Shown: positions 22,252 through 33,309, numbered from the stretch's first letter. The stretch: 64,000 nt of DNA from an uncultured cyanobacterium (GCA_963744145.1 CAVUSO010000001.1:7552001-7616000); one strand, 5' to 3'. The notes: generated from the sequence alone by a model not told the origin. Numbers and translations are program-made.

Positions 22252-23415
22252 TTAAATTTTAGCTACAAAATCCTGCAAATGTCCCATGCCTTTTTCGATC
22301 GTCCCTAAATCCGTCGCGTAGGATAACCGGATATGATCATCTGCACCAAAAGCAATCCCAGGAATAGCTGCTACTTGATAGGATTCTAGTAAATTACTAC
22401 AGAACTCTAGAGAAGTTAAACCAGTTTTACTAATGTTGACAAATAGATAAAAAGCACCGTCTGGTTTAGCACAAGTTAATCCAGGGATAGCTTGCAGATA
22501 TTCGAGCATTACTTGACGTCTTTTGGCAAAAGCTTGGCGCATTTCCTCAACGCAATATTGGGATGCGGTTAAAGCCGCGATCGCTCCATATTGAGCAAAA
22601 GTACAAACATTTGAGGTACTATGACCTTGGATGGTACTAGCGGCATCAATAATTTCTTTTGGTCCAGCTAAGTAACCCACCCGCCAGCCAGTCATCGAAT
22701 AAGCTTTGGCAAAGCCACTACTAATAATGGTACGTTGGAAAATTTCCTGACCGAACGAACCAATACTAATGTGTTGGCAACCGTCGTAGACAATCTTCTC
22801 ATAAATTTCGTCAGAAACAACCAAAATGTCTTTTTCGATAATTACTTTGGCTAATTCTGCTAATTCGGTAGCATTATAGACAACTCCGGTCGGATTAGAA
22901 GGTGAGTTAAGTACAAATAGACGTGTTTTGGGAGTACAAGCAGCAAGTAGTTGTTCGGCTGAGATTTTATAATTACTAGATGCGTCGGTCGGAATAATTA
23001 CTGGGACTCCTGCTGCTAGTTTGACCATTTCCGGATAGCTTAACCAGTACGGAGCAGGAATAATTACCTCATCACCTGGATCTAGCAGAGCTAGCATCAG
23101 GTTAAATAAGGAATGTTTACCACCATTGGTCACAATCACTTGTTCCGGATTGTAATCAAGCTGGTTATCCGTTTTTAACTTCTGCGCGATCGCCGATCGT
23201 AAGCCCGGTTCCCCAGCCGCTGGTCCATATCTGGTTTTACCTGTTTCTAGTGCTTTTTCCGCTGCGACTATGATATGTGTTGGAGTCGGAAAATCCGGTT
23301 CACCCGCGCTAAAACTGCAAACATTAATCCCTTCTGCTTTCATTTTTTTAGCTTTAGTATCGATCGCTAAGGTCAGCGATGGCGATACCTGACTAAGTCT
23401 TGATGCCAGTTTCAT
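22252..23415 (-). CDS. aspC: Class I PLP aminotransferase (aspartate aminotransferase)
   Basis: [30 protein letters not shown]. Confidence 0.85.
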   Translation of the reverse strand: MKLASRLSQVSPSLTLAIDTKAKKMKAEGINVCSFSAGEPDFPTPTHIIVAAEKALETGKTRYGPAAGEPGLRSAIAQKLKTDNQLDYNPEQVIVTNGGKHSLFNLMLALLDPGDEVIIPAPYWLSYPEMVKLAAGVPVIIPTDASSNYKISAEQLLAACTPKTRLFVLNSPSNPTGVVYNATELAELAKVIIEKDILVVSDEIYEKIVYDGCQHISIGSFGQEIFQRTIISSGFAKAYSMTGWRVGYLAGPKEIIDAASTIQGHSTSNVCTFAQYGAIAALTASQYCVEEMRQAFAKRRQVMLEYLQAIPGLTCAKPDGAFYLFVNISKTGLTSLEFCSNLLESYQVAAIPGIAFGADDHIRLSYATDLGTIEKGMGHLQDFVAKI

Positions 23416-23604
23416 GCCCACTTGTTCGAGAATATCCTAAATTTATTGCTGGTCTATTGATTATCCTACTCTAACGCTTCTAGCCAAAATGCTTATTTAA
23501 TCACCTTACATGGAAAAATCTCTGGGGCAGGATCATGGTCACGGTTTTGTCAAAATCGCTTAACATGATTAAAAAGTATTAAGTTTTATTCAGGATCAAA
23601 ACTT

Positions 23605-24528
23605 ATGAAAGTTGCCATTACTGGTGCAACCGGATTTATTGGTAGTCGTTTAGTACAAAGGTTACATACCGAAGGCGATCGCATTTTAGTCTTCACCCGT
23701 AACCAAGAAAAAGCACGCAAGTTTTTTCCCCAGCTCGCATTTCCCCACCTGGAAATCGTGGTTTATACCCCTAAACAATCGGGGGAATGGCAAAAACATC
23801 TTTCTGGTTGTGATGGAGTAGTAAATTTAGCTGGATGTCCAATTGCTGATGAACGCTGGACTCCATCACGTAAACAAGAAATTTTAACCAGTCGTCAACT
23901 AGGTACAGAAAAAATTGTGGAAGCAATTCACCTAGCTCATCCCCAACCATCAGTGTTAGTTAATGCTTCAGCGATCGGCTATTACGGTAGTAGCGAAACC
24001 CTAACTTTTGATGAAAATAGTCCTCCAGGAACTGATTTTTTAGCTGAAGTTTGTCAAACTTGGGAAAATGCAGCAGCACAGGTAAAAAATCATGGTACTA
24101 GATTAGTCATATTACGCACTGGGATCGTCTTAGGAATGGGGGGTGCGATCGCCAAAATGCTGATCCCTTTCCAACTTTTTCTGGGCGGTCCTTTCGGTAC
24201 AGGTAATCAATGGTTTAGTTGGATACACCGCGAAGATTTAGTCAATTTAATTATCTCTGCTTTGCGTGACTCCCATCTGGAAGGAGTTTTCAACGCTACC
24301 GCTCCCCACCCAATCCGGATGAGAGAATTTACTCACACATTGGGGGAAGTTTTACATCGTCCGGTTTGGTTGCCTGTGCCAGAATTTGCCCTAGAATTAT
24401 TATTGGGAGATGCAGCGCAAGTAGTTTTAGAAGGTCAGGAAGTTTTACCAAAACGCACGTTAGATTCTGGCTTTCAATATCAATATCCAACAATTAAGCC
24501 AGCCTTAACACAAATTTTGTCGGCTTAA
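23605..24528 (+). CDS. TIGR01777/YfcH-family NAD-dependent epimerase-like protein
   Basis: ITGATGFIG, VVNLAG, SASAIGYYG-like motif, G.G.QWFSWIH. Confidence 0.85.
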   Translation: MKVAITGATGFIGSRLVQRLHTEGDRILVFTRNQEKARKFFPQLAFPHLEIVVYTPKQSGEWQKHLSGCDGVVNLAGCPIADERWTPSRKQEILTSRQLGTEKIVEAIHLAHPQPSVLVNASAIGYYGSSETLTFDENSPPGTDFLAEVCQTWENAAAQVKNHGTRLVILRTGIVLGMGGAIAKMLIPFQLFLGGPFGTGNQWFSWIHREDLVNLIISALRDSHLEGVFNATAPHPIRMREFTHTLGEVLHRPVWLPVPEFALELLLGDAAQVVLEGQEVLPKRTLDSGFQYQYPTIKPALTQILSA

Positions 24529-24634
24529 CTAAATATTCCCCAAAAAAAAAACCAGGCTGTACCTGAAAGTAGGACAGCCGATTTAAAACTTTATCCACCA
24601 GTTAATTACACTGGGATTTGTCAAAAACCTTACT

Positions 24635-24811
24635 CTATTCATTAGTGACTTCCAAATCATCAGGGTCTACATAATGACATACTGCGTCATCCATGCAGAT
24701 CAAAGCCCATCCTGAATTATCAATCCCCATTAATTTGTAAGCAGCTTCTTGGACGAAAAAGCCTTTGTGATTACGGGTATCTGGTTTGATGTTGACTTGA
24801 TCGGTAGACAT
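24635..24811 (-). CDS. 58-aa small protein absent from the ORF track
   Basis: MSTDQVNIKPDTRNHKGFFVQEAAYKLMGIDNSGWALICMDDAVCHYVDPDDLEVTNE; purine-rich RBS-like AGGGAAGG upstream. Confidence 0.6.
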   Translation of the reverse strand: MSTDQVNIKPDTRNHKGFFVQEAAYKLMGIDNSGWALICMDDAVCHYVDPDDLEVTNE

Positions 24812-25004
24812 AATGGTAACCTTCCCTGTTTACTAAGTTAGTCAATAAACTCATTAGAATTTTTTATTCCTGAGTTCATTACATCTTATCATTAGCTAGA
24901 TAAATTTAGCATTAAGTTACTTAATGAATTATTACTATTTGTTAATGATTGAAAACTTTGGTGAACAAAGGGGAGAGGTAGAGCTGTTTTATGCTATAAT
25001 AGAT

Positions 25005-25120
25005 ACCTAAACCCCTTTCCTAGGAGAGAAGGGAGAGTAATTAAGATGAAAGTTTATTGAAGATTTGCTCGAAGTCATCCTGCTCCCCTCTCCTGGTAGG
25101 AGAGGGGTTGGGGGAGAGGT
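25005..25120. repeat. Inverted doublet of C/G-rich hairpins (REPIN-like, about 120 bp)
   Basis: CCCCTTTCC..GGAGAGAAGGG and CTCCCCTCTCC..GGAGAGGGGTTGGGGGAGAGG; homologous to 60900-61024 including the spacer ends. Confidence 0.75.
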
Positions 25121-25150
25121 CAAACAATTATGAAACCAACTTAATCAACT

Positions 25151-25573
25151 TCAGATTTCAAATAACCATTTTTTCACCCGTTTTAAACTATCCCAATCAG
25201 GATTGCGATCTAAACCTTCATCAATATTGTGTTTAACTTCATCTCTTAATTCCGAAGAAGCAATAATCAGTTGGATCGCTACATCAATATGAGGACGTAC
25301 TCCTTTTTGATTACATTCCAACATCGCTGCGACTAAGTTAACTCGAGCTCGGGGATCATGAGGATTTAATTTCACCGCTTTTTGCCCAGCTTTATAAGCT
25401 AAATTAGGTTGATGACTGAGGAGATAAAGCCAAGTTAGACAAGTCCAAGCACTACTATTTTTGGGAGTCCGATCGCAAATTCCCTTAAATACAGGAATCA
25501 AAGTGTCTGGTCCTTCACCAGCTTGATAGCGAGCAATACCTTCATCAAACAAAGTTTCAGCTTGTTGAGTCAT
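25151..25573 (-). CDS. Small TPR-like protein
   Basis: AWTCLTWLYLL...KAVKLNP.DP.ARVNL helical repeat. Confidence 0.7.
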   Translation of the reverse strand: MTQQAETLFDEGIARYQAGEGPDTLIPVFKGICDRTPKNSSAWTCLTWLYLLSHQPNLAYKAGQKAVKLNPHDPRARVNLVAAMLECNQKGVRPHIDVAIQLIIASSELRDEVKHNIDEGLDRNPDWDSLKRVKKWLFEI

Positions 25574-25674
25574 TTATTTATTGAGGAGTAAAGTGGAGAT
25601 GGAAATGGGTCATGGGTCAGAGCTGATGACCCATAGACCCATAAATACTAAGAATCAATCTTCAGGAGAAAAAA

Positions 25675-26031
25675 TTAGGCAGAAAAGGATTTACCACAGC
25701 CACAAGTTTGAGTAGCATTGGGATTAGTAAATTGGAAACCACCACCAATCATGGCGTGGCTGTAGTCCAATACCAAACCATAAAGATACAGCATACTACG
25801 GCGATCGCAAACTACTTGAAAGCCGTCATAATCAAAGACTTCATCATGTTCAGTGATATTTTTGCGATCTTCAAAATCCATCATATAGGACATTCCAGAA
25901 CAGCCACCTTGACGGACTCCGACCCGCATACAGAGGTCTTTGTCCTGACTTTTCCGCAGAAATAAAACTTGCTGTAAAGCAGATTCAGTCATCTGAATAC
26001 CGCGTTGTTGAGACTGGATTGTTTGTGTCAT
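25675..26031 (-). CDS. iscA: A-type Fe-S carrier (IscA/SufA, HesB family)
   Basis: GGCSGMSY and TCGCGKSF. Confidence 0.9.
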   Translation of the reverse strand: MTQTIQSQQRGIQMTESALQQVLFLRKSQDKDLCMRVGVRQGGCSGMSYMMDFEDRKNITEHDEVFDYDGFQVVCDRRSMLYLYGLVLDYSHAMIGGGFQFTNPNATQTCGCGKSFSA

Positions 26032-26392
26032 TGCCTTGTTGCTCTCTATGGTGCTAAATCAACTTGAGTATATTTGTCCATTTTAACGGGATCATCAAGT
26101 AATCGGCACAAATGTCCATTCCTCATTTAGGATGTTAGTCCTAAAAGTGTTGATCTGAATAGATGGGGGAGTGAGCAGCTACTGACGATCCGTAATATAT
26201 TCTAGCCACCAATAAAAACTGTTTGTTTGTGTAAGGATCAAAAAGCTGACTACATTTGTCTTCTATTTCCTGATCCTAAATTAATCTGATTTGAGAAAAT
26301 GACAGAAAGTCTTTAATGTTTAAGTATGTAGGGAGTGCGAATCCGTAAGCTCCTGTGTTTTTTTCTTCACTCAATTGCAATTGGCTTGGTCT

Positions 26393-28030
26393 ATGACAGT
26401 TTTCAATCGGGCTACCCGTCGTCGCTTACAACAACTCCAACAAATTCCTAGTGTCTGGGAAGGTGATCGCCGGGCCCTTGCCCCTAAGGTTATACCTAAT
26501 CCCGAAATGGACCCTGAAGCAGGGGGTGAATGTATTCTTTGGGTAGATGGATCGGAAGGTATTGTGCGAGCGATGGATATGGTGACTCCAGAAGCTGGAC
26601 CAAATGCGATCGTGCGGACTTTACTTCGGGCTATGGAGCATCCCCATAGTCCAGCTAAACCCGCTCGACCCCAAAAAATTGTCGTTCGCGATCGCGAAAT
26701 TCAATTCTTTCTGCGTGGTGTGCTTCAGGAACTAGGGATTGGAATTGATTATGTCCCAGAACTACCACTAATTGACGAAATTTTCCGAGGTTTCCAAGAA
26801 GTAGTCAATACTCGTCCTCCCCAGTTACCCCCAGCTTATGCAGACTTATTAACTGAAAATGCCTATAATATCTGGCGTGATGCTCCCTGGGAATTTCTGG
26901 ACGAACACCAAATTTTAGCGATCGAATTAAACCAGTGGGATATAGATACGATCTATGTTTCGATCATGGGAAAATTAGGGATGGAATATGGCATATTGCT
27001 TTATCGTTCCTTAGACTCCCTCAAACGCTTTCGAGCTTCAGTTTTAGCTCATGAAACTCCCCAACGGATGGAAGAAGCATTTTTACGTCAAGATTGTTTA
27101 TTTGTGACCTTTGAATCTGATAGCGATGATGATGATGATGATGATGATATTGACTTAAGTGAATTACCTCTTTCCCACATTCAACCCACTTTTGGTAATT
27201 TACATCCTTTAGAAGGACTGCGTTCTTTTCTTTATGATGAAGAAGCCATGGCAGTTCTGGTCGCACTTGATGCTTTACATCGTTTCTTTCGGACTAATTT
27301 AAAGAAACTCGCTGGCGAAAATTTTCCTAGTCTCACTAATCGTTATCGCATTTCTCTACCCCAAAATGATGAGATAGATCAGCCAGTTGCTGTGAAAATT
27401 TCTACTTTACCTGAAGTAGCTCAAGAACTGTTAGATATGATTCCGATCGATGAGGATGATGATGAGGATTATGATGAGGATGATGTACCCTTATTACGAG
27501 ATGATTTAATTCCTAAAGATTCCTTCTTTAGTTTAGGGGCAATGCCTTGGGAAAATTTAGAAATTCTCCGCACTGGAGTTGACTATCATCAACCAGTTGA
27601 TGGTGAAATACCCTGTCAAGGAGATGGTTTTCCGATTATCCTGATTCAAACATCTTTACCAAAAGCGAAAACTCTAATTCAGGAACTTCAAGAAGCTGGA
27701 GGACTTAAAGCTATTTGTTTTAATCCAGGAGAAGACCCAATTGAAGGGGAAGAATATGACCTAGGTATTTTACAAGCAGGTAATGATCAACTGTTTCTGT
27801 TTGGAGAGTTTATGGAAGATGACTCAGTTCATATTCAAGCTCGGAAAAAATGGGATCAAAGATGCAAAAAGAATAAAGGTTATTGTGGTTTAATTATTGC
27901 TAGAGGTCTTAAAGGTTCTTCTCGTGGTAATCCCCAATTACGAGATATGATGGCATTGTTTGAAACTCGTTCTATTTCCTCGAAGGAATTGGGTTTAGGA
28001 ACATTGCAATTAGTACCTACCCCACTTTGA
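26393..28030 (+). CDS. Conserved cyanobacterial acidic protein of unknown function
   Basis: Long ORF, VWEGDRR N-terminus, poly-Asp tracts. Confidence 0.75.
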   Translation: MTVFNRATRRRLQQLQQIPSVWEGDRRALAPKVIPNPEMDPEAGGECILWVDGSEGIVRAMDMVTPEAGPNAIVRTLLRAMEHPHSPAKPARPQKIVVRDREIQFFLRGVLQELGIGIDYVPELPLIDEIFRGFQEVVNTRPPQLPPAYADLLTENAYNIWRDAPWEFLDEHQILAIELNQWDIDTIYVSIMGKLGMEYGILLYRSLDSLKRFRASVLAHETPQRMEEAFLRQDCLFVTFESDSDDDDDDDDIDLSELPLSHIQPTFGNLHPLEGLRSFLYDEEAMAVLVALDALHRFFRTNLKKLAGENFPSLTNRYRISLPQNDEIDQPVAVKISTLPEVAQELLDMIPIDEDDDEDYDEDDVPLLRDDLIPKDSFFSLGAMPWENLEILRTGVDYHQPVDGEIPCQGDGFPIILIQTSLPKAKTLIQELQEAGGLKAICFNPGEDPIEGEEYDLGILQAGNDQLFLFGEFMEDDSVHIQARKKWDQRCKKNKGYCGLIIARGLKGSSRGNPQLRDMMALFETRSISSKELGLGTLQLVPTPL

Positions 28031-28162
28031 TTGACTGTTGATAGTTCACTTTGGCTTTAGGGATAAAATTACCCCTGAGCAGTCAAAGTGTTGGGAAAAT
28101 GTACTGGCAATTATTTTTTGTAATCCTCATTAATTACCAATTCAGATCAATGGGCGAAATTT

Positions 28163-28732
28163 GTGAAAATCAAACTGGGGAAATATCTAACTTTAGCAGA
28201 TTTCTGTACTTGTACAAATACCTATCGTCAGTACATAGATAAAATTAACCCTTTTCCAGAAAATTTGCCAGAAACTATCCCAGCACTACTAGATTTAAAC
28301 AAATTTATAGTTGATCCAGTGATTGATTATTTTGGGATGAATAGATTTCAATTAACCTATGGGTTTTGTTCGCGGGATTTAAAGAAGTATTTAGAAAAAA
28401 AAGATCCAATTACTGGAATTAAAAATGGCAGAATTGCTCCAGCGATCGATCAGCATCTAGCATTAGAAATTAATCAAAATGGTAAATATTACTGTAACCG
28501 CTTAGGTGCTGCTTGTGACTTTTTAATCACTAATCTATCTAGTGCGGAGTTAGTTGATTGGATCATTGACGAAAAATTACCTTTTGATTCTTTATATTTT
28601 TATAGTGCCGATCGCCCGATTCATATTAGTTATGGTCAACAGCATAAACAAGATATCTGGACATTTACTCCGACTAAACTACCAACTAAAAAAGGAATTG
28701 AACGTTGGGTTGATTTAGTTAAAAAAAATTAA
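28163..28732 (+). CDS. Peptidase M15-like fold protein
   Basis: DPVIDYFG..LTYGFCS..DQH...GAACDF...HISY; H/D/H putative Zn ligands. Confidence 0.6.
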   Translation: MKIKLGKYLTLADFCTCTNTYRQYIDKINPFPENLPETIPALLDLNKFIVDPVIDYFGMNRFQLTYGFCSRDLKKYLEKKDPITGIKNGRIAPAIDQHLALEINQNGKYYCNRLGAACDFLITNLSSAELVDWIIDEKLPFDSLYFYSADRPIHISYGQQHKQDIWTFTPTKLPTKKGIERWVDLVKKN

Positions 28733-28809
28733 ACTTGCCAGAGATAGATGTTTATTTTATGATAGTTATATCTAACCTGAACAAAAATAAATAACTGTTT
28801 GTTAATCAA

Positions 28810-29449
28810 ATGAATAATTCTGTCGATCGCAATTCCGTTTTATTGATTCATGGTCTCGACGATACCACGGCAATTTTTAAAAAAATGACTGCTTACTTAG
28901 TCGGATTAGGGTGGGATGTACATAGCATCAATCTCATCCCCAATAATGGTGATCAAAAACTCGATGTATTAGCAAAACAAATAGAAGATTATGCTGAACA
29001 AGTATTGGGGTCAAAACCCTATTTCGATTTAGTCGGTTTTAGTATGGGAGGTTTGGTCAGTCGTTACTATGTCCAGCGTCTCGGAGGAATTAATCGTGTC
29101 CAACGCTTGATTACGATCGCATCTCCTCACCAAGGAACTTTAGCAGCTTATCTGACTGAGCGTCCTGGTTGTGTTCAAATGCGTCCCCATAGCAATTTTC
29201 TTCAAGAATCTCAATCAAGATGTAGTCAGTATCCTAAACCAAATAAACGTTACTTCCATCTGGACACCCTTCGATCTGATGATTTTACCTGCTAATAGTT
29301 CCCATTTACCCGTCGGAAAAGAAGTCACAATTCCAGTCCCTTTTCATCCTTGGATGGTAACTGATATCAGAAGTCTAAAAGCAATTGTTGCTGCTCTGGA
29401 AGCTCCCCTACAAAAAGAATTGAGTAAAATTCATCATCAGAAAATATGA
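28810..29449 (+). pseudogene. Lipase-like alpha/beta hydrolase, frameshifted by an extra A at about 29207
   Basis: VLLIHG, GFSMGG; removing one A gives NFLQDLNQD and joins ORF 29171..29449, matching the adjacent paralog. Confidence 0.8.
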
Positions 29450-30054
29450 CCCGCAATCCAGTTTTGTTGATTCATGGAATCTTTAGAAAATCGGGTGTTT
29501 TTCAGGTTTTGTCTGCATACTTATCTGCATTGGGATGGTCTGTTTATGCTCCTGATCTTACCCCCAATTTGGGGGAGATTGGAATTGATGAATTAGCTCA
29601 ACAACTTGCAGATTATATCGATCAAACTTTTGCTCAAGATCAAAAATTGAATCTAGTTGGTTTGAGTATGGGAGGATTGGTAAGTCGTTACTATATTCAG
29701 CGTTTGGGTGGGATTGATCGGGTTGAGCGTTTAATTACCATATCATCCCCTCATCAGGGGACAATTATGGCTTATTTACTGAGTGGGATTGGTTATGTGC
29801 AGATGCGTCCTGGTAGTAGTTTTCTGCAAGACTTAAATGAGGATGTGACGATCCTGACACAAATCGATTTTACCTCAATCTGGACAACTTGGGATTTTAT
29901 TATTGTCCCAGCTAATAGCTCCCAAATTGCCCAAGGTAAAGATCTACAAGTAGAAGTTTTTGCTCATGCTTGTATGGTTAACCATCCCCAAAGCTTACAA
30001 GCGATCGCATCTGTACTATCCACACCGATTAGAGTTTATCCCCAACCTGAGTAA
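29446..30054 (+). CDS. Lipase-like alpha/beta hydrolase (tandem paralog)
   Basis: PVLLIHG, GLSMGG nucleophile elbow, SPHQGT. Confidence 0.88.
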   Translation: MTRNPVLLIHGIFRKSGVFQVLSAYLSALGWSVYAPDLTPNLGEIGIDELAQQLADYIDQTFAQDQKLNLVGLSMGGLVSRYYIQRLGGIDRVERLITISSPHQGTIMAYLLSGIGYVQMRPGSSFLQDLNEDVTILTQIDFTSIWTTWDFIIVPANSSQIAQGKDLQVEVFAHACMVNHPQSLQAIASVLSTPIRVYPQPE

Positions 30055-30460
30055 ATTCCCGATCGCCAAAAATTGCCTGGGGATGACAGTAATATTTAAA
30101 CTCTAGTAAATTAGAAAAAGGATCTTCTAAAAAGAAGGTGCGATGTTCACTAATTTGACCTTCAAACCGACGGTAAGCTGGTAATCGAAAGGATAATTGG
30201 TGTTGTTGGGATCTAGCTAGAATTGCTTCCCAATCAGCTTCGGAGGTAAAGATTAAACCAAAGTGTCGGGGATAGATAGTTTTTTGGGGTGTCAAGGGCT
30301 CGTCCGTGAGATGAGCGACGATTTGATGTCCGTAAAGGTTCAAAATTACGGAAGTAGGAGATTCTCGACCAATTTCACATCCTAAAGCATCCCCATAAAA
30401 TGCTTTAGTTTGGGCAATATTGGTAACAGGGAAGGCAAGATGGAATAAGACTTGGCTCAT
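30029..30460 (-). CDS. VOC/glyoxalase family protein
   Basis: FHLAFPV, RHFGLIF, FLEDPF.NLLEFK. Confidence 0.85.
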   Translation of the reverse strand: MSQVLFHLAFPVTNIAQTKAFYGDALGCEIGRESPTSVILNLYGHQIVAHLTDEPLTPQKTIYPRHFGLIFTSEADWEAILARSQQHQLSFRLPAYRRFEGQISEHRTFFLEDPFSNLLEFKYYCHPQAIFGDREFTQVGDKL

Positions 30461-30485
30461 AATTAAGATTAAGGTAGTAATAAAA

Positions 30486-31262
30486 ATGGAAAGATCCGAA
30501 TTTCTTGATTATTCATGGTTGTTTAACCCCTGGGTTGTCGCGATCGCGCTCCATAGCATTTTGGGGACGATCTCCTATTTTGCCCCACTCAAATTACTCA
30601 CTCCGATGGGTTTACTTCATGCTTGTGGATTGGGTGTAATTATTTGGGGTACTTTAGGCTGGTCTGGTTATACAATTGTCATGTTTTATTTTCTGGTTGG
30701 TTCAGGTGTAACTCGGATCAGAATGGACCAAAAACAAGCTGAGGGTATAGCTGAAAAACGTTCTGGTGCTAGAGGTCCAGAAAATGTTTGGGGTTCGGCG
30801 CTCATCGGTACTATTTGTGCTTTACTGACGTTAATTCCTGCTATCGATCATATCATCCCCCAGTCTTGGTTATTAGTAGCTTATGTAGCTAGTTTTAGCA
30901 CTAAGTTGGCTGATACTTGCGCGAGTGAGTTTGGTAAAGCTTATGGAAAGCGGACATTTTTAATTACTACCTTACAACCAGTCCCGCGAGGAACAGAAGG
31001 AGCGGTAAGTCTAGAAGGTACTTTAGCTGGAATCCTGGGTTCAATCGCGATCGCTTTGGTCGGGTTAGGAGTGGGAATGATTAACTTGCAGGGTGGGTTA
31101 TTTTCTGTAGTTGCAGCTTTTATTGCAACTAATATAGAAAGTGTGATTGGTGCTACACTTCAAGCCAAATTTAGTTGGCTAACTAATGAAGTAGTAAATA
31201 TGATCAATACTTTCATTGGAGCGATCGCCGCGATTACTTTTGCTTGGATTTGGCATTATTAA
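30486..31262 (+). CDS. DUF92/TIGR00297 membrane protein (VTE6-like)
   Basis: GARGPENVWGS, KLADT.ASEFGKAYG, GTEGAVSLEGT. Confidence 0.85.
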   Translation: MERSEFLDYSWLFNPWVVAIALHSILGTISYFAPLKLLTPMGLLHACGLGVIIWGTLGWSGYTIVMFYFLVGSGVTRIRMDQKQAEGIAEKRSGARGPENVWGSALIGTICALLTLIPAIDHIIPQSWLLVAYVASFSTKLADTCASEFGKAYGKRTFLITTLQPVPRGTEGAVSLEGTLAGILGSIAIALVGLGVGMINLQGGLFSVVAAFIATNIESVIGATLQAKFSWLTNEVVNMINTFIGAIAAITFAWIWHY

Positions 31263-31270
31263 TCTCCACA

Positions 31271-32971
31271 ATGAAAATTTTAACTAAATTTATCACTTCT
31301 TCAGTCTTAGTGATAGTCGGAATTAGCTGTCTAATCTGGGGAGAGGAAATTGTGATTAAACAATTAGATCGCTCGCTCCAGGTAAATTCTGAGCGCAATT
31401 CTCAGGAGTTGGAAACTATTTTTAAGGCTCAATTATATTTAAAAGACGAACTTCGGGCACTGAAAGATTTACTAATTTTTAATCGACTATCTATATATAT
31501 TACTCAATATGAAAAAGCCAGGTCTGATTTTTTATCAAGTTTGGCTAAATTAGCAAGTTTATTACCCCAAAATTCGGTTTTACAGAGTATTCGCGATCGG
31601 CACCAACTTCTCAATAACTTCGCCAAATCTATTCAGAAGAATAATTCTCATTTACCATCTCAAGCAAGTTTTCAAAAAATTAATTCTTTTCGAGATAATA
31701 TATTTAGGGATTTTCAAAATTTAGAAACCCAAATTAAAGCCAAAGAAAATTTAGAACATCAAGAAGATGTCAAGCTGAAACAAAAAATAGATTGGATTAG
31801 AAGAAGTATTATAATTACTATTATTTTGATGTTTATCGGTCAATTATTGTTAATTATCTTGCCCCTGATTAATTCCATTGAAAAACTCAAACAAGGAATA
31901 TTAATATTAGGTGCGGGAAATCTTGACTATCAGATTAAAGTTGAAACTGGGGATGAAATTGAAAAACTAGCTAAAGAATTTAATCAAATGGCAATGAGAT
32001 TATCTGAATCTTATTATTGTTTAAAACAAGAGATTAGCGATCGACAGATTACGGAAAAAGAACTTCAACAAGCATTAGAAAAATTACAAAAAACCCAATC
32101 GCAATTAATTCAAACAGAAAAAATGTCGGCGCTGGGGAATACGGTAGCTGGTGTAGCTCATGAAATTAATAATCCGATTAGTTTTATCTATGGGAATCTG
32201 GGTTATCTCAAGGAATACACCCAAAGCTTACTGGATCTGATTCAACTCTATCAAAAATATTATCCTCAACCAGAACCAACCATTCAGAAATATATAGAAG
32301 ATATAGATTTTGATTTTTTAAATAAGGATTTAATCAAAATCATCGCTTCTATGAAAGTTGGTGCTGAACGAATTCGTCAAATAGTTTTATCTTTACGAAA
32401 TTTTGCTCATTTAGATGAAAGCGAACTCAAAGAAGTAGATATTCATCAAGGAATGGATAATACTCTCAGTTTATTGCAAAATCGATTAATAATTAGAGAT
32501 AATCCGATTAAAGTTGTCACCAAATATGGCAAATTACCTTTAGTAGAATGCTATGCTCGAGACCTGAATCAAGTATTTATGAATATTCTACTTAATGCGA
32601 TCGAAGCTTTAGAAACCAAATGGAATCAGATGGAATTAGAGCAATCTTTAGACTCCCAGGTAAAATTTGCTAACGAAAAACCAGAAATTCGGATTCGCAC
32701 GCAAATCTTGCAAAATAATGCTGTAGTTGTCTTAATTACAGATAATGGGATTGGGATGACAGAAAATGTGTTAAGAAAATTATTTGATCCCTTTTTCACT
32801 ACCAAACCAGTTGGGAAAGGGATTGGATTAGGATTATCAATTAGCTACCAAATTATAGTCCAAAAACATAGTGGTGTCCTGCGGTGTAATTCTACCCTGA
32901 ACCAGGGAACCGAGTTTTGGATTGAAATTCCGCTCCAACAAAGTCAACAACCCAGAGTAAACGGATCTTAA
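31271..32971 (+). CDS. Membrane sensor histidine kinase with HAMP domain (no adjacent response regulator)
   Basis: Two TM helices, DEI..LA.EFNQM HAMP, AGVAHEINNP H-box, DNG.G / FDPFFTTKP / GLGL. Confidence 0.92.
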   Translation: MKILTKFITSSVLVIVGISCLIWGEEIVIKQLDRSLQVNSERNSQELETIFKAQLYLKDELRALKDLLIFNRLSIYITQYEKARSDFLSSLAKLASLLPQNSVLQSIRDRHQLLNNFAKSIQKNNSHLPSQASFQKINSFRDNIFRDFQNLETQIKAKENLEHQEDVKLKQKIDWIRRSIIITIILMFIGQLLLIILPLINSIEKLKQGILILGAGNLDYQIKVETGDEIEKLAKEFNQMAMRLSESYYCLKQEISDRQITEKELQQALEKLQKTQSQLIQTEKMSALGNTVAGVAHEINNPISFIYGNLGYLKEYTQSLLDLIQLYQKYYPQPEPTIQKYIEDIDFDFLNKDLIKIIASMKVGAERIRQIVLSLRNFAHLDESELKEVDIHQGMDNTLSLLQNRLIIRDNPIKVVTKYGKLPLVECYARDLNQVFMNILLNAIEALETKWNQMELEQSLDSQVKFANEKPEIRIRTQILQNNAVVVLITDNGIGMTENVLRKLFDPFFTTKPVGKGIGLGLSISYQIIVQKHSGVLRCNSTLNQGTEFWIEIPLQQSQQPRVNGS

Positions 32972-33309
32972 CAATCAAAGTCCAGGAACCATCACTGATC
33001 CTCGATAATCTGTGATCAGGTTTACGGAAATTGAGTAAATATACTAGGATTGATTGAGGGACAATCTAGTTTTTTTGATGTCGCTCGCTTGAGTGCTTAA
33101 CTATAAAGATATATATACATAATGTTAAACCTTTAGTAAGAGATATGTAATCTTGTATATTTTTGATTTTTGTAGTATCTGATTCAGATATATTGGAAAT
33201 CTAAAGGAATAATTAATAAAAGATAGCGCCGGTCTGTTGGCTTACCAAAACTCAAGTGACCGGTTGTCCCAGTCCTATACATGAGCTGGTAATCCACCAG
33301 AAGGAGAAT

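Noticed and set aside
27021..27266. Poly-His ORF
   Set aside because: Antisense of a GAT (poly-Asp) tract in the 26393..28030 gene
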